Assembly (NCBI GenBank): GCA_000182565.2
Contig: KQ257450.1
Reading direction: 5' to 3' (one strand)
DNA from: Spizellomyces punctatus DAOM BR117
Lineage: Eukaryota
Length of the DNA: 64,000 bases
Notes under the pieces: model-generated
What the model was told of the DNA's origin: nothing
What the model saw: the letters and a program-made list of their open reading frames with translations, nothing else
Database searches by the model: none
Made by a program: the position numbers and the translations under genes
In this document: positions 38,639 through 51,702 of the stretch, piece after piece
How the letters are laid out: each line of letters starts with the position of its first letter
How positions within the stretch are numbered: position 1 is the stretch's first letter

Positions 38639-39569
38639 GAAAATGCCAAAACAACGTAAAAGTGCGTATGTGAAAAAAGAACAAGATTAGTGTAGAGTAG
38701 GAAAGGTTCAGCCTCGTCTTTATATTTGTTTGCCGTGTCGATTTGTCCCGATCGTCGTCGGTTGATTCCGCGATGTCCCATCAGAAAAAGATAACAAAAA
38801 TATTCAAGATAACGCAAGCCAGGAACCGAAACCTTGGTATGTCTCAAAGATAAGAGGAACCCCACACCCTTTTCCCCTCCTTTCACATGCGCTCACGCCC
38901 AGCTCATTAATGTGGGGTTTCCATTTCTGGCTTGGGCGCGACAAGAAAATTTACCCAGTGGCGTAGTGTGGGGGGTTATCTGACGTGATACCAGTGTTTT
39001 GCCTTTTGCCTCGTATCCGCAAATTCCAAAATGACTCGTCCTACTGCGGCCATGGCAACTGACTGGAGTCTTCAATTGGCCCCACAAGCTATTTCTATTT
39101 GTGAATGACTGGCTCTCGTACCAAGTGGATAACTTGTGTCGTACTAGCCCTATGGGTCCCTTGTGCGTATGGCATCCCTGTGTGTTTGTGTGTGTGAAGA
39201 AGGGCCAATCTTGTGTAGATAGCGGTCAGACCACAGTCCAGAATCAAAACGACCAAGAACTTTCATGTGCTTTGGAAGGTTGAGGGGGAGGGCCAAGTGG
39301 GGAGAAGCCCAAATCTTTGATCGTGTGACGAAGGGCCCTAATCTCACGTGTGACAGCCGGGGGACAGAACCAAACTTGGCTGAGGCTTACGTATCTCATC
39401 TTTGTGTGACCCTGGCAGCTCGCGGGCCTTTGCTGATAACCGATGAGCGTGATCACATGATTAACGTTAAAGGCTGGATTATGGAATCCAAAGTACGTCA
39501 TATTTACCATTCATGCCATCAACCACTGGCCATCCCAATGTGGAGGTTGAAGTGCATTTAACCCAATCA

Positions 39570-39680
39570 AGTGCACGCGGTGACTGCCCACATCTTATCA
39601 GTCACTTTAACTGCGTGGTTGCAATCTCAGTTGCAGTGTGCCATAAAAGGGTGGTCGGTGATTAACAGTGTAGGAGTGGT
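39570..39680 (-). mobile_element. Partial inverted copy of the 3041-3220 MITE
   Basis: caatctcagttgcagtgtgccataaaagg...gattaacagtgtaggagtg is the reverse complement of ~3042-3145. Confidence 0.75.
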
Positions 39681-40397
39681 GGGACCCCCATATGAATGAA
39701 TTCATAACGCAGAGGACAGTTAACCTACCTACGACGATCTGAACTTTAAGGGTGGTTTTCATGGAAGCATTATTGTGGCTATCTTGCCTCTTGTTTGTGG
39801 TAGCGTTTTCGTCATTATTGAAATAATTTAAACTGTAAACAAGCGGATAGGGACAATGCGCAAGATCCCCGGGTCTTTCAAGGAAAGGGAGTGAAAGGGA
39901 CGCAGATGGAGGGTCCCACTTACCTACCGATTTGGTTCATACCAGTTGCCATTACGATTTAAACCCCCATATCAGCCATTCCACACCACTATATCGGCTG
40001 CAGAGAAACTCTCAGAGTCTCCACACATTAGATCTCGTTGAGACAGTGACTAGAGCTGCCCCATCACACTCCTAGGAAAATTGACCAACGCAGATGAAAG
40101 TTGAGGCTTTGCTCATATAGTTCATTCCCTGCAAATTGCAAGTTTGATTTCCGGTAGGATGCTGAGGCCATCTCACTTTTTGGTCCCAAAGACCTCCATA
40201 GAGACTTCTTTGAGCGAGTGGCCAGTACTACATTGTAGATTAACAAAGCAGGTTAAAAATCGTAGGGACTACTCTTTGCATCTTCTATTTCTGCCTGTGA
40301 CACGTGATCGCTGGCCATCGTGACTTGCACCCTCTGCTCACGTCACAGCGAACACCACCACTTGCTGCCAAACTCAATCTGCAAAACATCTGCGAAA

Positions 40398-41441
40398 ATG
40401 AAGTGGCTCCTGTTGTGTTTCCTCGTCCTCATTGCCACTGCACAAGCACACAAGAATCACAAAAGTCGGGTCGTCGAGTTGACAGATGCTAACTTAGATG
40501 AATTGGTGTCGAACGGTCGATGGGTTGTCGAATTGTGAGTCAAGATCGTCGTGACTTTGAATGTCAAAAGTAAGCCCAGTCTGAATATATTTTCCTGTGC
40601 ACGTTACCTTTCCATAGCTATGCCAATTGGTGCGGCTTCTGCAACAAATTTGCGCCCGAATATGAGAATCTTGCTCGAGACGTTGCGAAAGAGCTGCCAA
40701 CGGTACGCGTTGGACGCGTAGACATTGACCAGAATCCCGCAGCTACATCGCGCTTCATGGTCCAACGGTAAGCGCCTAGGATCCATGTCTGATTGATCTT
40801 GACTGTGGAAATAATTCTTGATCCACGGCAGACTTCCATCGCTGTATTTTGTTGATAATCAGCAAGTTCGTTCGATGGAAGTGACCCGGCAAGCCAGCAG
40901 TATTCTGGAATATCTGAAAGAGGAGAAGTGGCAGGCAGAAAAACCTTGGAACCAGTGGTTGTCGCCTTTCTCGATAGGGTGAGACAGATTTCACATTGAC
41001 TATGCTTCCCTGATCTCCGATTGCTTATTGTTTCCTGGTGAAATGAAGAATGAAGCTGTTGGGTGCTGGTACGTCTGATGCAAATGTCTACACAAGTGTT
41101 TCAATAAGCTAATCTTGCTACTCGGCAGTGGGATCATTTGGACAAAAAATTGTTTCCCTCACCAGTCATTTTAAGGATACGGTCCCGTAAGTAGTGTCAG
41201 GCATACTCGATCACGTCATTAACGCTAAGCAATCCTGCCTGGTTTTCTAGTGCTTGGGGGTTTGTTGCTATTGGCGCCGGGGTTTTGCTGGTATGTGACC
41301 AAAATTTACCGTGTACATGTTTCAATCTGAAATGTCCTGACTTTTTCACTAATCTAGGTGCTAGCGGTACTCGGCCGAGTACTTGCACCCGCACAGCCGT
41401 CCCCTATTCAGCCTCTTAAGGAAGCCAAAAAGACCCAATAA
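40398..41441 (+). CDS. Thioredoxin-related ER transmembrane protein (TMX/PDI-like); multi-exon
   Basis: Signal peptide; VVELTDAN; YANWCGFC; VGRVD; C-terminal TM segment and KKTQ* (KKxx ER-retrieval motif). Confidence 0.85.
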
Positions 41442-41679
41442 ATTATGTCCCCACGTCTCAGCCTACTGATGGCCTTAATACTAGAACACATCCCGGGCTT
41501 GGGGCCATTTACAGCCAAGGAGTGGATTAGTGCCATCCACTTTAAACGGCCGACAATGCCTTAAATTGTTCGAATACTCATTAGCTTATAGCAGTTTTGT
41601 TGCCATGGATGCAGTTATGACTCATCTATCTCATCTGCCATGATCCAGCCAGCTCTTCCTTACCAGATACGGCCCCAGC

Positions 41680-43537
41680 ATGCGCCTTCTTCGGCTTCGT
41701 GGCAGAATACCTGGCTGCTTGAGCGCAAGCAGCCAAGGACGTACTCTACCCGCTTCCCTCGCAGCCTGCCCGCGTATATTTGCACCTCGGCGCTCTTTCA
41801 CAGTTGCAAGGACTTCATGTGCAGCCCATTCCCCCGTTTTAACCGCCGACCGCTATCCACACTTGAAGCGTGACACACGATACAAGGCTCTCACAGATGA
41901 AGATATTGCGTTCTTCAAAAGTGTAATCAAGTCAGACGCGGGGGTGATAACCGCAGATCGTCCCGACGAATTGGAGCCCTTCAATGAGGTTGGTGAACTC
42001 AAATGTTTAGCTTGGTGCTCTCTGTATCGGTCACCATGTGGTGCCTTACCAACTGCACAATCAATAGGACTGGATGCGGAGATTCAGAGGGCAATCAAAG
42101 GTTGTTCTTCGCCCAAAAACAGCCGCTGAAGTGGCGGCGCTCCTCAAGTATTGCAATGAGCACCGTCTGGCGGTGGTACCTCAAGGAGGCAATACTGGCC
42201 TGGTGGGAGGAAGTGTACCTGTCCATGATGAGATTGTTCTTAGTTTGCAGAACATGAACGAAATTAGGAGCTTTGATGAAGTGTCTGGGATCTTGACATG
42301 CGATGCTGGTTGCGTGCTGGAAGTGCTGGATAATTGGTTGGCTGAGCGAGGTTACATGATGCCTCTTGGTAAGTCCTTAAACAAGATTGAGGAGCGATGA
42401 CATTACCAGATACTGATATGTATCTCTCTAAGACTTGGGAGCAAAGGGGAGCTGTCAGATAGGCGGTAACGTTGCGACAAACGCAGGAGGTCTGCGTCTA
42501 TTGCGGTATGGGAGCTTGCATGGCACAGTACTATCAATGGAAGTCGTACTGCCAGATGGTCGGATAGTGGAGCTGGGACAGCCGCTGAGAAAGGATAATA
42601 CCGGCTACGATTTAAAGCAATTGTTCATTGGATCTGAAGGCACGTTGGGTATCATTACTGCCGTTTCCATATTAACACCTCGAAGGCCGAAAGCGGTGAA
42701 CGTTGGTAAGAGCTCTTTTGCTTGTCGTGGTCAGTGGTCAACGTTTTAGCTGACGAAGAAATATATGCAGCAATGTTGGGAGTCAGCACATTTGAAGGCG
42801 TCCAAGAGGTGTTCAAACACGCTAAAGGCGAGCTGAACGAGATCCTCTCTGCTTTTGAATTCTTTGATCATACATGCTTGAACCTGGTTAAACACCATAT
42901 TCCGAACGTCCGCGAACCCTTCACCACCCAAACGCCCTTCTACGTCCTCATAGAGACAAACGGATCCAACAAGGACCATGATGATGAGAAGCTTGCCGTG
43001 TTCTTAGAAAACCTTATGACGGAAGGGGTGGTGGAAGATGGTGCTCTGGCGCAAGATTCGACGCAAGCTGCTGGGATGTGGAGCATTCGAGAAACGATTA
43101 CAGAGTCACTAGCCAAGGAAGGAGGCAACTACAAGTACGATCTAAGTGTTCCTGTTCCTCACCTGTACAGTGTTGTGGAGGAGATGCAAGAGCGGCTCGC
43201 CTCTGTTGGACTATTTGACAAGAATGGATCTGCGACAGGCCGAGTGAAGCATGTGGTTGGGTTTGGTCACATGGGAGATGGCAACCTACATTTGAACCTG
43301 ACCTCTACGGGATGGGCAAAGGACATTGACGAGGCTATTGAACCATTCCTCTACGAAATCATCCAAAAGCATGGAGGTTCCATCTCTGCTGAGCATGGAT
43401 TGGGGCTGATGAAGGCGCCGTACCTTCAATACTCCAAGAGCGAAGCTTTCATTGAATTGATGAGGAGCATGAAATCAGTGTTTGATCCAAACGGCATTCT
43501 GAATCCATACAAGTACTTTCCACCTCTAAGTAAATAG
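41680..43537 (+). CDS. DLD2: Mitochondrial FAD-linked D-2-hydroxyglutarate/D-lactate dehydrogenase
   Basis: [85 protein letters not shown]. Confidence 0.93.
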
Positions 43538-44041
43538 ATACTACAAATCATGGGGATCTGTATGTAGAGTGTGATAATCGCATGTCCAATGAGGTTCTTC
43601 GTCTATTGCAAGTCATGAAACATGTGACTGGAAGTCAGCCCAATTATTATCAGGACTTCGCGGAATTACTGCCACCTGGTGTGCGACATAAAGTTGAATA
43701 TCGATGTTGAAGCAGAAGCATTATCTGCCTGATTCTCATAACATCTGGCCTTGTGTGCCGGTACCAGGCACGCCGATAAATGTCGAAAAGTCAATTGGAG
43801 CTCTCCATTCGGATAGTAAATAGAATGCTTAGATGCAGTCAAAATTGCGGTGTTAATACCCTTAGAATATTTTATCAGAAGGAGATTTAAACAGGAGTTA
43901 TTGTACGCATTCGAATATAATTATATTATGAAAGGTAGGGTTAGGGTTAACGCTCACTGTAAGGTTACGTAACGCCCGCCGACGCGTAACTAACACCACT
44001 GCATTTCACCAAAAGATGGTGAAGTGTAAGAGACGTCAAGA

Positions 44042-45266
44042 ATGCCAATTCTTCATAACGAGCCATTTGCACGAAGATACCATGCACCACTCATATCTAC
44101 GGCCTCATTGCTCGGTGCGCTCGCAGCGATAGCAATCCTCATCCTCCCGTTTATCTTTGCCTATGTTTCTGGATGTGAGTGTCACGGCGGCCTGTTATGT
44201 CACAAGTGTCCATGTATTGACTATATGAATCATTACGATCAGCGTTCTGGTTGAAACAGAATTCATTTAGAGAGCAACCGCAAGTCATGTACAAGCACGA
44301 ATTTATGCTGCTTCTCGAGGGTGTGGATAGAGTGTCCAACAATCCAGTCGCGGTTGTGTGGTCATCAAGTCCCCTGTATAACCAATTACACGAAAGAACT
44401 TCTAGAGTCGCAGCACTACAGGTACTTTCTGAATCTGAAACCTGGTTCGGATACTCCATTGTATTAACATGAACATTGGCATCGTAGACGTCGCAGATCG
44501 ATGTGCAACGGGATGGAAAATATGACTACCTCACTTTCAGCGCATCAATTCCTCTATTACCGACCGAGGCAATAACGCACGTTCGGCTCGCACTTTTCTT
44601 TCAATACTCTCTTTCGGTATGTTCATCCATTTTGTAGAACTCGACATTAACGCTGATTGATAAACATACAGGAAAGGCTACGTCTCCAAATGCAATCAAT
44701 GGCTCTATTCGACTCCTCAACAGCTTTGCCGGCTTCGTCTGTTTATGTCGATGGAGATTTGCGCTTAGTGCAACGAGAGTTGCTGAAACGATATGGAGAT
44801 AATTCTGCCTACAATGTTCCCGTTGTGAATTTCACCAAAGCGTTTGGACCGGATCCTAATGCGTTAACGTGGAGTTCGATTATGGCGGGGTATGCGCGCC
44901 GAGATGGTGGGTACAAGTTTAGTATAGTATCAACTTCCATACAGGTCTTTTCCAAAATACTAACTTTCGAATCCAGTGCGCACTAACTTTGCGTATGAGA
45001 CGCCCATCTGGACAACAGGCAGAGCACCAACAGAGCCATTTACCATATCCGGCCGGGTAGCATATTCGACCGACACGATCCAATACCTTCCCGGGGCATG
45101 GGAGGTACTGAAGAACGGGTGGATTCAGTATCTAGCGTATCTGATACTGGTTGGGGCGGTGATTAGCTGGATTTTGGGTTTTGCCTTCCGAAATCAGGTC
45201 GTTCGAACCGCGGTTCGGGTGGATCAGATGCCACGGTACGGAGGCTTCAAGGCTCATGCTTTTTAG
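44042..45266 (+). CDS. TMEM231: Ciliary transition-zone protein TMEM231; multi-exon
   Basis: EPFARRYHA..., FWLKQNSFREQPQV, RLQMQSMA, DGDLRLVQ, YLPGAWEVLKNGWIQYLA. Confidence 0.85.
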
Positions 45267-45384
45267 CATGCGGTGTGATCATGGCAGTACTGAGACTGTG
45301 ATAGGCTCAGCGTTGAGTGAGAGCAATTGTATTTAGATACAGTGATACATACAATGAGTAATATAAATTTCAAAATCCTAATGG

Positions 45385-46874
45385 CTACCATGCCAGAATT
45401 GCTTGCAATAGAAACCGAATAACATGCACAAACCCAGATAATACTATGAGGGACAATGTCAGCACACCGCAGAGAATCTTCAGGTGATCGAGAACAAGAT
45501 TTTCCCCTGCTAATTCTTGAACTTGGAGAACACGATGTCGACCCACAATCTTTCCAGCAAAAGCAAGAGGAGGAGGGGACACAGGGTCGCTCAAATCCGG
45601 GAGAAGTATGGATTTGCCCACTGGTAATACTATTAGACGGGACGATACAAGCAACCAGTATGAACGTGAACGTACCGTTGGAGCAGTCAGTGACATCCAG
45701 CAGCGATAAATCTTTGCATCGTCGTATTAGTCTCGCTACGGTTGCGTGGGTCAAGCTCCAATTTCCCCGTAGATATATTGATGTGAGATAAGGGAAATAG
45801 ATTGCAACAATCAATAAGTGACTGTTGTCTAATTTGGTATCGCTCAAATCTAAAACTTGGAGTGGAGGAGTTCCGGGATCAATTCCAACCGCCCCGTCCG
45901 TATCTGTTCCAGCGTTCGATCCTGTGACGTGAACATCATATAGGCTGAGCGCCAACGAAGCCGCACTGCACCCTGCAAGATTTAATTGACGTATTGGAAA
46001 TATGGAACGCTTCTTGAACACGTAACACAGCTCCAGTGCTTCAACATCACTGAATGATAAATCCAGATTTTCCAACTGTCCGCAAAGATCCACGATGCTC
46101 ATTAAACCAGCAACGTGCCTGCAGTGCGACAAGCTCAGCGACTTCAACGTCTTTGCGAATACAACCGCCACTTCGACCAGTAAGGTTGACTTTAAGGCGA
46201 AATCGTTTCCAAAGAGGTCTAAGCTTGTCAAGTTCGCATAATACAGGAAAGAAACGTGAAAGGGTGATGGCTTGTGATCGAACACGTGGGAATATCGTCT
46301 AAATCTCATCCGACGAGCTGACCGACGTTCGAAACGAGCGAGAAAGCCCGCGGTCATGCCTAGTTTGAGGTCCACTAGAGTAGGGCACTTTTGCGGTAGA
46401 TCGACGGTTAATGCTACGGCCGATAGTCGTAGACAGCCTGATAGGTTCAAAGATTCAATATTAGGGGTGTACTGCAAGGTATGCGTTAATCTTCGATATC
46501 ATCGCCACAGCCGCCAAATCACTCGATAATCATACCTCGATGATGGAATTGAATACCTCATCAGTTATGCAGCATGCACCAGCAAAACTCAAATGCTGAA
46601 TATTACGCCCATACGATTGCAGAGTCATTTTCGATGCCGCAAAATCATGTAAGTCTTGGTCGTTTCTAATCTTTAGGGAACGGAACACCCGAGGACCTAG
46701 CATATGAGCCCACCGCGAGTTCAACAGTCGCAGTTGTCGCATTTCGTCGCTTGGTATGTACGGCCATACTATCATATCCAGCAATTCCATCGGAAGGCGG
46801 GAAGCGTAATCCGCCGGCGGTGCTGAACTACACCTTGCTGGAGGACTCTCATGATCGTCACAGGCGCATGCCAT
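45385..46874 (-). CDS. F-box/leucine-rich-repeat protein
   Basis: F-box-like SRLPMELLDMIV...LRLLNSRW; LRRs IESLNLSGC, LKSLSLSHC, LENLDLSF, LQVLDLSDT, LSLLDVTDC; start and end are approximate. Confidence 0.75.
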
Positions 46875-47980
46875 AATGATCCTCTGCCACATGCGGTTAG
46901 CGGTCCAGTATACACAAGTCCCCGCAAATGTCAATAAGGCAGTGGCAGACTTGCAAATGGCCACATCAATATCGTCAAAGGGAACTATGAAGCAGAAAAC
47001 CAACGGTTAACAATACGTTATGGTCGCTCAGAAAAAGCGCACGCTCAAACGTCGACCTACATGCGAGCTTGAACCAGAAAACATTTACGAGATAGAGAGG
47101 ATTCAAGCGGATCCGAGCATAGCGATGACTCAGAATCGTCATCAACAACGGGGCACCGAATAGCAGAAATGTCACTCGTGGACGGCGCCGCCGTCCTGAT
47201 ATCACCGCAACATCCACGCGGAGCTCTTTCGCTATATAGCTTGCTATAGTTTTGGTCAGTTCCCACACTAAGAGGCTGTTAGCTATGGATCTGACCATTA
47301 ACAGAATCAATATGTACCGAAATAAATGGAGCAAACAACATTTGACAGCGCAACGAAGTCTAAGAATTGCTGAAGAAATATCGGAAAGTAGCTGGATCTA
47401 TATCCACACTTCAGAATGATGAAATCACAGAGCCGCAAAACAGAGTTTATGCTTACACAGCACTGTAATAGAGCACAATGGCGCACGTCGGGAGAACTTT
47501 TCGTTGTTCGAAAGCGTCAATACCACTATACATGACACAGCATCAGAGGGACCAATACCTACAATTCATGAGGTATTCTATCGATGTGTCGTGAAACCTT
47601 CTACCGGACACTAGCGAGTCGAGGTTGGAGAGCCAGCTGAGGTTAATTGTCGCAGCAAGTGAGAGCTGCGAAACCATTGGTGACAGGATAGACGAGAGTT
47701 CATGCGGGTGATAGTATACAATGACATGCAGGATGCAGCTTTGGTGACGATGCGACGGCAGAAGTCAGTACGTGCATGAGGTGCTTTGTGGTGTCCGCGT
47801 GCTCATGTGCTCATGTGTGGCCGGCAAGATGCTGATATCTGTTTGTCCGTGCGTGACACAACATGAAACCGGTCCATTATGTAATCATGATGGTGGCACA
47901 GCGAATTCCAGACGTCGCTGAAAAGTAAAAACTCAAAAGGTATTGGGAGCCTCTAGTCTATCTGATATATTTGCAAGATC

Positions 47981-49532
47981 ATGTCTAGAGCCCGTCCTTT
48001 GAACCCAAAGCCCATATTTGACGAGGAGCTAGTCCTTGAAGCATTCAGGAAAAACAAGATCAAAGAGTCCAATGCTGCTAAACTTTGGCGTTACCTTATA
48101 CAGCAACCCGAGAAAACTATAGACGAGATTCCCGACTTCCCAAAAGCGGCGAGAAAGCTAATTGATGATGAGTTTGTGATAACGACGTCAAAAGTAATAT
48201 CTCGCACCGATGCAAAGGATGGTAGTACGACAAAGCTACTGATAGAGCTACAGGACGGGCAGCGGGTGGAAAGTGTAATCATGCGTTATGGAGAGGTTGA
48301 ACTGGACTGTTTTCCAGAAGAGGAGGAGAGAAGGAAGAGGCGACGGAGGGAAGGGAATGGAGAAGATGGAGAGGAAATACTGGAGTTTCGATCGAATAAA
48401 CGAGCCACGTTGTGCGTTTCGTCTCAAGTAGGGTGTGCCATGGGGTGTACATTTTGTGCAACAGGAACGATGGGACTTCTTTCAAACTTGGCAGCTGGTG
48501 AGATTATCGAGCAGCTCTATCATGCGAACAAGATTGAGAAAATCCGAAATATAGGTTGGCGCAGTCATTTCTCTCCTTATGATGCTACAACTCATTTTAT
48601 TGACGAATTCTCCTGATTAAGTGTTCATGGGTATGGGAGAGCCACTCGACAATTATAATGCAGTCATGGCAGCCGTCCGAGCCATGGTTGATACTGGCCG
48701 GTTTGGCCTTGCCCCTTCAAGGATATCTGTCTCGACCGTAGGAGTCGTACCTAGAATCCATAGTCTGATCAAGGATGCTCCCAACATAGGCCTGGCGCTT
48801 TCCTTGCATGCACCAAACCAGACCCTTCGCCAGCAAATTGTTCCTACCGCCAAAGCTTGGCATGTGGATAGAATACTTTCCGCTTGTGACGCGTTCATAG
48901 ATCACCAGAACGGGTTGATCAAATCTACGAATCGGCGTCGCCATATTCTTGTTGAATATGTCTTAATCAGGGACGTCAATGACTCCCAAGAAACCGCCCA
49001 CGAATTAGGCCAACTGCTGAAGGGGCGACATGTTCTCTTGAACGTCATTCCATATAATCCAACATCAGTACCGCATGATTACAAGACTCCGAATAGAGAA
49101 GACAGTCGTCGCTTCGTGGAGACGGTGCGGGAATACGGCGTTCATACTCTCTTGCGTCAAACCCTAGGAGCAGATGCAGCCAGTGCTTGCGGTCAGCTAG
49201 TCATTGATAATGGCGGACAAAAGACCAGCGGACAGTGTGGGGACGATAAGGGCACAGGAAATGGAGTCGCCGATCTGGAAGATTTGCTACAGAATACTGG
49301 AGCTGGTAAAAATGGAGTAAAAGTATCCATCAAGTATCGCAAGAAAGCCCCGTCACTCGCCACTCCTACTGGTGTGGAACGAAATCCTCTGGACACACTC
49401 CAATCTGGCACGGCAGCTCTTACCAAGAGAAGGTCACGGCTGAAGGTGGCAACATTGTGTGCTTTATGTATATTATTTGCTGTGGTGCTGGGTAGGGTAG
49501 TCCTAAGATCTCTGGGTTTGGCAACTGTATAG
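47981..49532 (+). CDS. RlmN/Cfr-family radical SAM RNA methyltransferase with C-terminal hydrophobic tail; 2 exons
   Basis: [37 protein letters not shown] (CxxxCxxC), [31 protein letters not shown]. Confidence 0.9.
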
Positions 49533-49743
49533 CATAGAAGATATATTTGCATTATTTCATTTGTAACATAGGCGTGGATAATGAGGGGATGTCTTCTGGA
49601 AAGGAGAATGGGATTTGGAATTACAGGAAGATTTACATAGTGCGGAGCCGATGGGTATTGGCACTAGTACATAGATTCCAACCAATTTAATCATAATTTT
49701 ACTCGATTTAGACTCATGAACTGTGGTTTGATCCAAAAAATCC

Positions 49744-49750
49744 TATATAA
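49744..49750 (+). promoter_or_regulatory. Putative TATA box for the Fanzor ORF
   Basis: TATATAA ~75 bp upstream of the ATG at 49822, inside the element. Confidence 0.4.
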
Positions 49751-49821
49751 GTCATCGTGCCCATTTTCCCAGGCTTTCGTCTTTTTCAGATATCATCAAT
49801 GCCACAGATACAGATATCATC

Positions 49822-51688
49822 ATGCCGCCAAAGAAAAAGCAAAAACTCGAAAAACTCGACAAACCCACCTTACATACCTGCAACAAAACTTCCTTTGCAA
49901 AAGCTTTCCTGCCAAACTACCACCAACGGCTTCTAGATTACATCGCCATCATCCATCAACTTGCCGACCACGCTTCCCACGCTCTCAAATTCTACATCCT
50001 ATCTGCACCATCCTTCACCGTGAACGAGGAGACCATCGAAGCGATTCTCTATCTTCTCAACAAGGGGGAGGCTTGGCATCCAAGAAAGGAAGCAAAGAAG
50101 GCATGGCAGGATTGTTTGCTGCCATATGTTCAACAGTACTGCCAAATCGTCGGCTTCGTTCACCCAAATCTACGAGGCGAGCAGCAATCAGTCAATTACC
50201 TGACAGCGAGTATGATGATGAACCTAAAAGTCAACGTTCAAGAGCATTTCATGCAGATGCTCCTTCAGTATATCAATCTGCAGCTCGATGTGAAGAGACA
50301 GAAGCAACTGCCACTGAAAAGCGATGCACAGAAAGCTTTCTTTACTCGACTATGCTATTTGAAGTCAGTTTTCCTTTTCGAAACCATGCCAGAATCGCTG
50401 GATGACTTGAGCATTCTTGAAAATGAGATTTTTAGAAGAGATCTGGACACTTAACCTGCCATTTCCTGATCAAGACAAGCCACTTGCCTACCTCATTGCC
50501 ATTGACGCGATGTCCTTCTTGCCTGCTTACTGTCGGTTGTCAAGCCTATATGAAAAGCATGGATTTCAACGGTTCAGTGCCATCCCACTTCGCTGCTCCC
50601 TCATCCAAAGCCATATTCGCATCGACACGGTCATTCTCTACGCCCACATCCTCTGCATCACCCGCCAAGGAGCAGAAGCTGTAGAGAAGGTCGATTTATG
50701 GTTGCGTGTCTGTAATCTGCGGAACAAGGCTTTTAGATCTCGCCGCGGTATGCAGTTTGAAGGCTCGATCACAACGGATGGAACCTCAGTGTCTGTATAC
50801 CTAAAGCACCCAGAAGCAGACAAGTATGGAAAGCGCGGAGCGAGAAAGTCAGCAAAGAGTTTAGAGGACGAAGTTAAAGTGCAATACATGGAGAAAAACT
50901 TACCTGCTTGTCGAGCAGCAGAGAATGTCGTTGTTATCGACCCAAACAAGCGCAATATTCTCTACTGCCAAGACAACAGTGGTGTGACATTTCGCTACAC
51001 CGCCAACCAGCGAGCCATGGAGACTGGAAGCCATCGATTTGCAAAAGAACGGCAGCAGATGAAGAAGGAAGCGGGAATTGACCTCATAGAATCATATATC
51101 CCTAGTCACAAGACAATGAACCTCATGGACTTCATGCGCTATCTCCTCGTTTGCCATCATGCAGATTCGGATTGTCGCAAGGAATTCTACTCCCACCCTG
51201 CCCACACGCGATGGAAATGGCACTCCTTCATCAATCAGCAGCAAAGTGAATCAAACCTCATATCCAACTTGTGCAACAAATACGGTGAAAACTTTACCAT
51301 TGTGATGGGTGATTGGAGCGATGCCGGTCGAACTGCAAGATTTCAGACCTCATCAAAGACAAAAGGTTGGCGCACCCTCTTTAAGCGCAACAGGATCAAC
51401 TGCTTCCTTCTTGACGAGTATAAAACCTCATCTGTCTGCCCTCACTGTTCCTCTGGCATTGAAAAAGGCTTCAAAACACGACCTCATTCAAGACCTTGGC
51501 GCCGTCGCGAAGGCAAGATTGAAAAAGTCCATGGATTGCTGGGTTGTACCAACCCTAACTGTCAGCAAGCCTGGACGATGCGCTACTGGAATCGAGATAC
51601 ACTGAGCACCTGCAACATGCTGATGATCGTGCAATCAATGTTGGATGGACATGGTAGATCAGAAGTGTTCAGCCTGTTCCAGCCGTAG
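49822..51688 (+). pseudogene. Fz1: Fanzor1 (eukaryotic TnpB-like RNA-guided RuvC endonuclease, SpuFz1-like), split by a +1 frameshift at ~50429-50433
   Basis: NLS-like MPPKKKQK; ITTDGTSVSV; RuvC-I VVIDPN (D at 50939); IVMGDWS; RuvC-II LLDEYKTSSVCPHC (E at 51416); CTNPNC zinc finger; RuvC-III WNRD (D at 51596); intronless; joins to ~620 aa if one T is removed. Confidence 0.93.
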
Positions 51689-51702
51689 CGTAGCGTAGAT
51701 TA

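Noticed and set aside
43934-43950. ggtagggttagggttaa telomere seed
   Set aside because: Only about two units; compatible with chance.
46988-47250. IYEIERI chromodomain-like motif upstream of the F-box gene
   Set aside because: The remainder of the domain is absent and the frame closes quickly.
49716-50405. 229-aa overlapping ORF as a possible transposase within the Fanzor element
   Set aside because: Shadow frame of the Fanzor N-terminus; no DDE, HUH or recombinase motifs.
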